Below are positions 18,136 through 25,825 of a DNA stretch of 64,000 nt, piece by piece. Below the pieces are notes generated by a model that was not told the origin of the DNA, made no database searches, and saw only the letters and a list, made by a program, of their open reading frames with translations. Every line of letters starts with the position of its first letter. Position 1 is the stretch's first letter. Origin of the DNA: a bacterium (GTDB lineage Bacteria > Verrucomicrobiota > Kiritimatiellia > RFP12 > UBA1067); NCBI GenBank assembly GCA_037133395.1, contig JBAXOG010000005.1:985-64984 (forward strand). Direction: 5' to 3'. The translations under genes were made by a program, and so were the position numbers.

Positions 18136-19965
18136 ATGAAGGCAACAACTATGAAACACACCCTCACCCTCCTCACTACCCTGCTGCTTGCGCCGTTGGC
18201 CGCGCTGCACGCCGCTGCTGTAAAGCCCAACGTCGTCATCGTTCTTGTCGATGACATGGGCTATGGCGATGTCGCTGCCCATGGCAATCCGGTGATTCGG
18301 ACGCCCCAGCTCGACCGGCTCCGCAACGAGTCTGTGCGCCTGACGGACTTCCACGTCGATCCGACCTGCTCCCCCACCCGCGCCGCGTTGATGACCGGGA
18401 AATATTCCCATCACGTCAAGGTGTGGTCCACCATTGCCGGCGGCAATCATCTCCGCGCAAATGAACTGACCATGGCCGATGCCTTCCGCGCGAACGGGTA
18501 CCGCACGGGCATGTTCGGCAAGTGGCATCTCGGCTCGAACCTGCCCTACCGGCCGATCGACCGTGGTTTCGACGAGTGGCTTGGCGAGGGGGACGGCGGT
18601 GTCGGCACCACCGACGATTATTTCTTCAACGACCGCGTCAACGATCGTTTCATCCACAACGGAGAACGCGATAAGCCGATGAAAGGTTGGGCGGAAGAGG
18701 TATTCTTCAACTCCGCGATCGATTTCATCCGCAGCAGCAAGAAAGTAAAGAAACCGTTCTTCATCTACCTCCCCACGTATGCGGTCCATCATCCGGTCAC
18801 CCTCCCTGATCCCTCATGGGCGGATGATTACAAAAAGAAGGTCGATCCCGGAATGGCGTTCTTCTTCGCGGCGATCGAGAAAATCGACGCCCAGATCGGC
18901 AGGCTGCGTGCCACGCTTGCCGAAGAGGGGCTCGACCGCGATACGATCCTGATCTTCATGACCGACAATGGAGGAACAGGCGGAGTGAAGCTCTTCAACG
19001 CCGGCATGAAAGGCAGAAAGGGAAGTGTCTACGATGGCGGCCACCGGGTACCCTGTTTCATTCATTGGCCCGCAGGCGGGCTGCGGCAGGGTGCGGACAT
19101 CACCTCGCTCAACGCAAACTTCGACGTGCTTCCCACGTTGGTCGATCTCTGCGGACTCAAGCTTCCCCGGAATGTGGATTTCGACGGACGGAGTTTCCGC
19201 GCGCAGTTGCTAGATGCCAAGGCGAAAGCTCCCGAACGCACGCTGTTCGTCGAGCTACAGCGGCGCATGACGTCGGAAAAGTGGCGTAACGCGGTGGGCA
19301 TGACTTCGCGCTGGCGGCTAATTGATAACAAGCAGCTCTATGACATCAAGGCGGACCCGGGACAGACGAACAACGTGATTGCCGCGCACCCGGATGTCGT
19401 CGCAGCCATCTGCCAAGAGTTCGAGTCTTATTGGACAAAGGTCACACCGGGAGATCGCGACCGAGTGGAATTCATTGTTGGCGACAACCGCCAAACGGAA
19501 ACATTCCTTTCTTCCTCGGACTGGTATATCGCGGCTCCACCATGGAATCACGCTGAGATCGCCGATGGCATCATTGCGTCGGGCGACTGGATAATCCGCG
19601 CAGCAAGTGCCGGGACCTATCGTTTCGAAGTTCGCCGCTGGCCGCGCGAGGCTGATGCCGAACTCGCCGGAGTGCCCGCGATTCACAAGACCGAAGACTC
19701 GTGGGCCTTCCACGGGCCGAACCACGATTTGCTATATGGCAATGCCCGAGGAACAAGTTTCAAGAAGCTCCCCGTGGCATCGGTCCGCCTGACGGTGGGC
19801 GAGAAAACCCAAACCCTTGCCGCCGCCGCGGGCGCCAAGGAAGGCTCGTTTGATTTTCAACTGACGACCGACCGCAGCTTCCCCGTCAAAGCCGAACTTC
19901 TGGACCCTTCAGGCAAAGTGATCACCGGCGGCTACTACGTCTATTGCCGTAAAAAGGAACCGTAA
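18136..19965 (+). CDS. Secreted S1-family (Cys-type) arylsulfatase
   Basis: Signal peptide, then PNVVIVLVDDMGYGDV and the formylglycine motif CSPTRAALMTGKY (Cys codon 18367-18369), followed by GKWHLG and FMTDNGG. There is a C-terminal extension of about 170 aa. Confidence 0.9.
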   Translation: MKATTMKHTLTLLTTLLLAPLAALHAAAVKPNVVIVLVDDMGYGDVAAHGNPVIRTPQLDRLRNESVRLTDFHVDPTCSPTRAALMTGKYSHHVKVWSTIAGGNHLRANELTMADAFRANGYRTGMFGKWHLGSNLPYRPIDRGFDEWLGEGDGGVGTTDDYFFNDRVNDRFIHNGERDKPMKGWAEEVFFNSAIDFIRSSKKVKKPFFIYLPTYAVHHPVTLPDPSWADDYKKKVDPGMAFFFAAIEKIDAQIGRLRATLAEEGLDRDTILIFMTDNGGTGGVKLFNAGMKGRKGSVYDGGHRVPCFIHWPAGGLRQGADITSLNANFDVLPTLVDLCGLKLPRNVDFDGRSFRAQLLDAKAKAPERTLFVELQRRMTSEKWRNAVGMTSRWRLIDNKQLYDIKADPGQTNNVIAAHPDVVAAICQEFESYWTKVTPGDRDRVEFIVGDNRQTETFLSSSDWYIAAPPWNHAEIADGIIASGDWIIRAASAGTYRFEVRRWPREADAELAGVPAIHKTEDSWAFHGPNHDLLYGNARGTSFKKLPVASVRLTVGEKTQTLAAAAGAKEGSFDFQLTTDRSFPVKAELLDPSGKVITGGYYVYCRKKEP

Positions 19966-19968
19966 AAC

Positions 19969-22200
19969 ATGATGAACAAACTTACATTCAATTTGATCCT
20001 GCTGTTGGCCACCGCCACCACCTTCGCCGCCGCCCCGGGAGGGTTGAAACTCTGGTATGATAAACCGGCCCAGAAATGGGAGTCCGAAGCCCTTCCGCTG
20101 GGCAACGGCCGTTTGGGCTGCATGGTCTTTGGCGGCGTGCCCAAGGAACAGATCCAATTCAACGAGGACTCCCTCTGGATTGGTGACGAGCAAAACACCG
20201 GCTCTTATCAAGCTTTTGGTGATCTTTTTCTGGAGTTCAACCATTCGGAGGTTAGCAACTACAGGCGCGAGAGTGATATCTCCCGGGCAGTCCACACAGT
20301 CTCCTACACCAGTGGGGGTGTGAATTATCGGCGCGAATACTTCGCAAGCCATCCCGCAGGCGTCATGGTGTTCCGGTTTATGGCGGACAAACCCGGCGCC
20401 CTCACCGGTTCGATCACCCTTGCCGACGCTCACAAGGGGGTTGTCATCGCGGCAGGCAAGGGATTGACGATCAAAGGCAACCTTTCCGGCTACCCCGAGA
20501 ATCTCCCCAAGAACCGTAAAAGGTTTGGCATCATCCTTGATTACGAGGCACAGGCGATCGTGAACAACGAGGGCGGCACCCTCGAGGCCAGGGAGGGCAA
20601 GCTGGTGTTCAAAGAGGTTGATACCCTGACGATCTATCTCGATGCCGGCACCGATTACCTTGCCGACCGAAGCCGGAAATGGCGGGGCACGCATCCGCAC
20701 GAGGCAATTGTGGGGCGGCTGGAGAAAGCATGTGCCACCCCGTATGGTAAGTTGCTGGCCGAGCATGTCAGCGATTACCAATCGCTCTTCAACCGCTTCA
20801 GCCTCAACCTTGGGTGTAGCGAGCGGAAATCGGTCGAGCTACCCACCAACAAGCGACTGGACGCATACCGGGGAGCCGAGTTCGCAAACCCAGAGGGCAA
20901 GGAACGTTGGAAATTCCAAACGGAGAAGGCCACCGGGGTGCCCGACCCCGAGTTGGAGCAACTTTTGGTGCAATATGCCAGGTACCTGATGATCAGCTGC
21001 TCACGTCCGGGTGACATGCCGGCAAACCTTCAAGGGATCTGGAACAACAGCAACACCCCGATGTGGGATTGCGATTACCACAGCGACATTAACATCGAGA
21101 TGGACTACTGGTTCGTGCAGCCCGCCAACATCGCGGAATGCTTCCTCCCGTTTGCCGAGTGGCTCAACAGCCACATTCCCGTCCGGCGTGAAGCCACCCA
21201 GAAGGAATTCGGTGTTTCGCGCGGATGGATGAACCGCAACGGAAGCGGAGTGTTCGGCGGCGGCAGCTACCATTGGGTGGCCGGTGACTCAGCATGGCTG
21301 GTGCAGAACATCTGGGACCACTACGCATTCAATCAAGACCGCAAATACCTGGAAACCCGGGCTTACCCGATGCTCAAGGAGCTGTGCGAGTTCTGGGAGG
21401 ATTTTCTGATAAAGCGACCCGACGGCACGCTGGTGAGCCCCAAGAGCTGGTCGCCCGAGCATGGCCCGATGGCGGAAGGTAACTCCTACGAGCAGCAGTT
21501 GGTTTACGATCTCTTCACTAATTTCATCGAAGCCTCCGAGGCGCTCGGCGTTGACGAGAGCTTCCGGGCGAAGGTCGGGCAAATGCGAGCCCGCCTGATG
21601 GGGCCGAAAATAGGAAAATGGGGCCAACTTCAGGAGTGGGCCGAGGACATCGACGACCCCAAGGACCAGCACCGGCATCTCGCACATCTGATTGCGGTGC
21701 ATCCCGGCCGACAGATCTCGCCCCTGACCACACCGGAGCTAGCCAAGGCTGCTGCGGTCTCCCTCAACGCCCGGGGCGATCGCGCCAACGGCTGGAGCCG
21801 GGCCTGGAAGATCTGCATGTGGGCCCGTTTGCACGATGGCGACCGCGCCTACAAGTTGCTGCAGTCCGTTGGCATGGCGGCCACTCTTCCCAACCTCTTC
21901 GATACCTGCCCGCCCTTTAATATCGATGGCAACTTTGGCTATGCCGCAGGGGTTTGTGACATGCTCCTCCAGAGCCAACTCAAGGACGAGCACGGCAATT
22001 ACATTCTCCATTTTCTGCCGGCGCTGCCAAAGGCGTGGCCCACTGGCTCAGTCAAGGGCCTCCGGGCTCGCGGCGGCTACACGGTCGATATGGAGTGGAA
22101 GGGAGGGAAGGTGAGCAATTACCACATCAGTTCCCCGGATGGACGTCCCGCCAGGGTGCGTATCGACGGACAGCTCAAGACCGTCGATACAAAACCATAA
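19969..22200 (+). CDS. Glycoside hydrolase family 95 (alpha-L-fucosidase/galactosidase type)
   Basis: The N-terminus LWYDKPAQKWESEALPLGNGRLGCMVFGGVPKEQIQFNEDSLW is the characteristic GH95 opening. The length is 743 aa. The start is 3 nt after the sulfatase stop. Confidence 0.85.
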   Translation: MMNKLTFNLILLLATATTFAAAPGGLKLWYDKPAQKWESEALPLGNGRLGCMVFGGVPKEQIQFNEDSLWIGDEQNTGSYQAFGDLFLEFNHSEVSNYRRESDISRAVHTVSYTSGGVNYRREYFASHPAGVMVFRFMADKPGALTGSITLADAHKGVVIAAGKGLTIKGNLSGYPENLPKNRKRFGIILDYEAQAIVNNEGGTLEAREGKLVFKEVDTLTIYLDAGTDYLADRSRKWRGTHPHEAIVGRLEKACATPYGKLLAEHVSDYQSLFNRFSLNLGCSERKSVELPTNKRLDAYRGAEFANPEGKERWKFQTEKATGVPDPELEQLLVQYARYLMISCSRPGDMPANLQGIWNNSNTPMWDCDYHSDINIEMDYWFVQPANIAECFLPFAEWLNSHIPVRREATQKEFGVSRGWMNRNGSGVFGGGSYHWVAGDSAWLVQNIWDHYAFNQDRKYLETRAYPMLKELCEFWEDFLIKRPDGTLVSPKSWSPEHGPMAEGNSYEQQLVYDLFTNFIEASEALGVDESFRAKVGQMRARLMGPKIGKWGQLQEWAEDIDDPKDQHRHLAHLIAVHPGRQISPLTTPELAKAAAVSLNARGDRANGWSRAWKICMWARLHDGDRAYKLLQSVGMAATLPNLFDTCPPFNIDGNFGYAAGVCDMLLQSQLKDEHGNYILHFLPALPKAWPTGSVKGLRARGGYTVDMEWKGGKVSNYHISSPDGRPARVRIDGQLKTVDTKP

Positions 22201-22250
22201 AGACCATTTCATCTTCGATTTTTATATGAGTGTCGTATAAGGAGTCAATA

Positions 22251-24263
22251 GTGAGACGAAGAACCGCTCTGTTTGTGCTGATGACCGTTGTCCTAGGGTT
22301 GCAGTCCCTTGCCGTTGATGGGCTGAAAGTGGCATTCCTCTTCACCGACCACATGGTCTTGCAGCGCGAAATGCCTGTTCCAGTCTGGGGTTGGGCAGAT
22401 CCTGGCGTGAAGGTCACGGTTGAGTTCGCTGGTCAAACGAAAACCGCCTTAGCCGATGCGAGCGGTAAGTGGTCCGTCAAACTGGATGCAATGTTCGCGA
22501 GCGCTGTACCAAGCATATTGAAAATCTCCCGAACCCCGAACCCTGACCCGTCCGCTGGAGGCGTATCCGCGAAGGTGGAACCCTTAATCATCACCGACGT
22601 CCTCGTCGGTGACGTCTGGCTCTGTTCCGGCCAGTCGAACATGAAGATGGAGGTTTGGGGTTGCGCCCAAGCGGAAGAGGAAATTGCCAATGGCCGCTAT
22701 CCGGAAATCCGGCTTTTCACGGTGGCGCCTTATTCAGCGCTGACCCCGACCAATGCGGTGGTTGGGGCGTGGGAACCCTGCTCGACTCAGACGGTTGGAA
22801 AATTCCCCGCCGTAGCCTATTTCTTTGGCCGCGAGCTGCACAAGGAACTCAAGATTCCCATCGGCCTGCTGCACAGTGCCGTGGGCGCGACTGCGGCGGA
22901 AGCGTGGACCCGTCTGGAGGCGCTTAAGACCATCCCTGCACTTGCAGAACGGGCTGAGGCGGAAATCTCACAGATCAAGTCACAGGAGAACGACAACAAG
23001 CGGTTCGTCACTGACCGCACCGCCTGGGAAAAGAAGTACAGCGTGGAGCCTCCGCCCGTCGCCGAGGCAGCTCGCAACTGGGCCGATCCTGAACTGAAGA
23101 CTGACGACTGGTCATCGACAACCAATCCCAACCAGTGGGTACAGCTTGGCACCAAGTCGGGCGGCGTGTTCTGGGTACGCAGGGATGTCACCCTTCCAGA
23201 ATCTGCAGCCGGCAAACCGTTCTTCCTTGGCCTCAAATGGTTAAGCGAGCAGTACGACACCACATTCTTCAACGGTGTTGAGGTCGGCCGCGCCAGCGAC
23301 AAGGCCCCAGATTTCTACAACCAGGCCCGACACTACAAGGTCCCCGGCAAACTCGTGAAGGCCGGACGGAACGTCATTGCCATGCGAATCGTTTCCGCCA
23401 CCAAACTGCGGGTGGGCAATATGCTGGGTTTGCCTGTGGCAGACCAGGCAGCCGTTGGTAACAAGTGGCTGATGAAAACAGAAAGCACCTTTCCTGCTCT
23501 GCCGCCAGAGGCGCTCAAGTCACGCCCGAAGCCGAACACTATTCCATTCCGCTCCGTCTCGGCATCCCTTTACAACGGCATGATCGCCCCGCTTATACCC
23601 TTCGCATTCAAGGGCGCGATCTGGTACCAGGGCGAGAGCAATGCGGGCCGCGCGGGCGAGTATCGGAAGCTGCTGTCGCTGATGATCCGCGACTGGCGCG
23701 CGCAGTGGGGCCGGTCCTTCCCGTTCATCATCCAGCAACTCGTGAACAACGGTGCGCCTGCAAAAGATTCCAATGAGACCGGGAACTGGCCGTTGGTACG
23801 CGAGGCGCAGATGCAAGTCGCCGACGCGTTGCCAAGCTGCGGCGTCGCCATCGGCATAGAACTCGGCAGCGCCGTGACGATTCATCCGCCAAACAAACAA
23901 GATGTCGGCAAACGTCTCGCGCTCGTTGCGCTGGAGAAAACTTACGGACAGAAGATCGAGTCGAGTGGCCCGCGCTTTGACTCGATGAAGGTTGAGGGCA
24001 GCGCCATCCGCGTGACATTCACGCATGCCGCCGGTTTGATCGCGAACGGAGGCCCGCTCAAGAATTTTTCCATCGCCGGCGCCAATAGAATGTTCTTCTG
24101 GGCTGACGCGAAAATCGCTGATGGCGCAGTCATCGTGAGCAGTCCCCAGGTGCCTCAGCCGGTGGCGGTACGATACGCCTGGGCTGACAACCCTGAAGGA
24201 TGTGCCCTCTTCAATCAATCCGGCCTGCCGGCTGCCCCTTTCCGCACCGACGACTGGAAATAA
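22251..24263 (+). CDS. Sialate-O-acetylesterase-like SGNH carbohydrate esterase
   Basis: The ORF track gives 22230..24263. GTG 22251 follows AAGGAG after 6 nt. Motifs include FTDHMVLQR..PV.VWGWA, the SGNH block CSGQSNM and WYQGESN. It is a paralogue of the N-terminal two-thirds of 48209..51205. Confidence 0.8.
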   Translation: MRRRTALFVLMTVVLGLQSLAVDGLKVAFLFTDHMVLQREMPVPVWGWADPGVKVTVEFAGQTKTALADASGKWSVKLDAMFASAVPSILKISRTPNPDPSAGGVSAKVEPLIITDVLVGDVWLCSGQSNMKMEVWGCAQAEEEIANGRYPEIRLFTVAPYSALTPTNAVVGAWEPCSTQTVGKFPAVAYFFGRELHKELKIPIGLLHSAVGATAAEAWTRLEALKTIPALAERAEAEISQIKSQENDNKRFVTDRTAWEKKYSVEPPPVAEAARNWADPELKTDDWSSTTNPNQWVQLGTKSGGVFWVRRDVTLPESAAGKPFFLGLKWLSEQYDTTFFNGVEVGRASDKAPDFYNQARHYKVPGKLVKAGRNVIAMRIVSATKLRVGNMLGLPVADQAAVGNKWLMKTESTFPALPPEALKSRPKPNTIPFRSVSASLYNGMIAPLIPFAFKGAIWYQGESNAGRAGEYRKLLSLMIRDWRAQWGRSFPFIIQQLVNNGAPAKDSNETGNWPLVREAQMQVADALPSCGVAIGIELGSAVTIHPPNKQDVGKRLALVALEKTYGQKIESSGPRFDSMKVEGSAIRVTFTHAAGLIANGGPLKNFSIAGANRMFFWADAKIADGAVIVSSPQVPQPVAVRYAWADNPEGCALFNQSGLPAAPFRTDDWK

Positions 24264-24331
24264 CGCCAGTAGCTATAACGCGAGTTCGGCGTGCTTAATG
24301 AAACAAACAATCATGATACACAGGGGTTTTG

Positions 24332-24478
24332 AGTAGCGGGCAAAGCCCGCATGAGGAGGAGCTGACAGGGAAGCGAATCGTGAAATGCTGGGCGGAGGCG
24401 GTCGTTGCGATAGGTGTTTTGTCCGTTCCTTTTTTATCAGCGATTTTCCCTCGGATTTGAGCGCTTTTAAAATGCGCC
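24332..24478 (+). repeat. Dead copy 1 of the 5' end (hairpin, SD and signal-peptide region) of the beta-helix lipoprotein gene, plus a shared junction of roughly 36 bp
   Basis: Near-identical to 28842-28986, and to 29750-29866 as far as atcagcg. The gene's start codon reads ACA here. The extension cgattttccctcggatttgagcgcttttaaaatgcgcc is shared only with copy 2. Confidence 0.8.
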
Positions 24479-24565
24479 TGTGGGATGCTAGGGTTCGAAA
24501 CTCCACACGTTCCTCTTAAAAATTATGGTTGTACTCACGCACAAGTGTGATACTATTTACTGGCA

Positions 24566-24853
24566 ATGAAGGTTATGACAAATGATTGGAGCAACGACAC
24601 CATCCCTTATATCTGTTGGGATCGCGAGTGGACAGTTGCGGATATACGTGAGAGACTGCATTCCGAGCAGGGAGTAGAGCGACACCGGCTCATGGCGTGG
24701 CTGATGCGAGAGCTGAAGACCCCCGAGGTGTGGTATTTTTTGACTCCCACTGAAATCAAAGAGGAGTTTGACCAGATTAGTCGCTGGCTGGGACCAGCAA
24801 GACCTTTATGGAAATATCTTTTAAGGATTTGGCATGAACTGGGAAAAATCTAA
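24566..24853 (+). CDS. Small protein, putative cognate antitoxin of the downstream nucleotidyltransferase (family unassigned)
   Basis: 95-aa ORF that overlaps the downstream AbiEii-like gene by 20 nt. Its composition is AT-richer than the flanks. No motif was recognised. Confidence 0.4.
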   Translation: MKVMTNDWSNDTIPYICWDREWTVADIRERLHSEQGVERHRLMAWLMRELKTPEVWYFLTPTEIKEEFDQISRWLGPARPLWKYLLRIWHELGKI

Positions 24854-25490
24854 AGCGATAACACCTCTAAAAAGGGAGTTCCTCAAGGCCTTCTTTTCGC
24901 GGGAAAAAAGGTTTTTTCTTACAGGGGGGAGTGCTCTCGGCCTATTTTATCTTGAACATCGTTTCTCTTACGATCTGGATCTCTTTTCGAAGGAACATGT
25001 TGACTGGCTAGAAATTGATGGCGTTGTGCGGCTTTGTTCACGGGAGGTGGGAGCAAGTGTGCAACTGTTGAGGGATGCCCCGACGTTCAGGCGCTATTGC
25101 CTCGAAACGGAAGGAGGCAAAGAGATTGTTGACATCGTTGTGGATATCAGCCCCCAAGTAGATCAGAAAAAACAATGGATTGACAATATCCAGGTTGATA
25201 CCCTTCGCGAAATTATGCTTAACAAGATAACGACATTGATAAGTCGCTGCGAAGTTAAAGATATCGTTGACCTTTATTTTTTAGAGCAGGAAGGATTTGT
25301 CATTGAGGAGTGTTTCGAAGATGCGCAATTGAAGGATGGCGGTCTTGACCCTTCAATGATCTCTCTTATTCTGGATTCTTTACGAATTACAGAGTTGCCG
25401 GGCTATATGATTAAGCCGTTAACGATCACCGATTTGCGTGATTATGTTACTCGTTTGAAAAATCGTATGGCACTGCTGGCTTTGCCGTAG
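24834..25490 (+). CDS. Nucleotidyltransferase, AbiEii/AbiGii-like toxin family (short form)
   Basis: FFLTGGSALGLFYLEHRFSYDLDLFS matches the GG....(S/T).D.D signature. 218 aa. Confidence 0.6.
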   Translation: MNWEKSKAITPLKREFLKAFFSREKRFFLTGGSALGLFYLEHRFSYDLDLFSKEHVDWLEIDGVVRLCSREVGASVQLLRDAPTFRRYCLETEGGKEIVDIVVDISPQVDQKKQWIDNIQVDTLREIMLNKITTLISRCEVKDIVDLYFLEQEGFVIEECFEDAQLKDGGLDPSMISLILDSLRITELPGYMIKPLTITDLRDYVTRLKNRMALLALP

Positions 25491-25720
25491 CATTTTGCGA
25501 AGCGAATACGCTTGTTCCTTATTGAAAATTCAAAATTCAAAATTCGACGTTCAATGTTCGATGTTGGATATTCGACCTGTCCGCCGTAGGCATCGCGAAG
25601 GTGGATGTTCGTATTAATTCGTGTTTGTTCTCGCCATTCTGATGCTAAGAAATTGCCAGTTTCGAGTTTCAATTCTCCGCATTCCCTCTTTCTTTTCGCC
25701 CTTCGTCTCGCGTCTGTAAC

Positions 25721-25771
25721 TTTACGTAAAGCCAGAAACCCGTTGACTATTTTCCGACGATTTGATTAAGT
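25721..25771 (+). promoter_or_regulatory. Conserved PATR-gene promoter block P2
   Basis: TTTACGTAAA at 25721-25730, a 12-nt gap (gccagaaacccg), TTGACT at 25743-25748, a 17-nt spacer of different sequence, TTAAGT at 25766-25771. Confidence 0.65.
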
Positions 25772-25825
25772 GAGGCATGTGTAGGGGACTGGTGTGCCTT
25801 GATAGGGCGAAAGGGGTTTAGGGTT

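Noticed and set aside
24273-24506. 77-aa minus-strand ORF
   Set aside because: It lies across the dead duplicated 5' fragment of the beta-helix gene and its junction. It has no independent support.
24481-24515. A tRNA-like GGTTCGAAAC motif (possible T-arm, hence a possible tRNA-targeted integration)
   Set aside because: The flanking bases do not form a 5-bp T-stem or an acceptor stem. Only a tgtgg/ccaca stem with a 19-nt loop can be drawn, and no cloverleaf.
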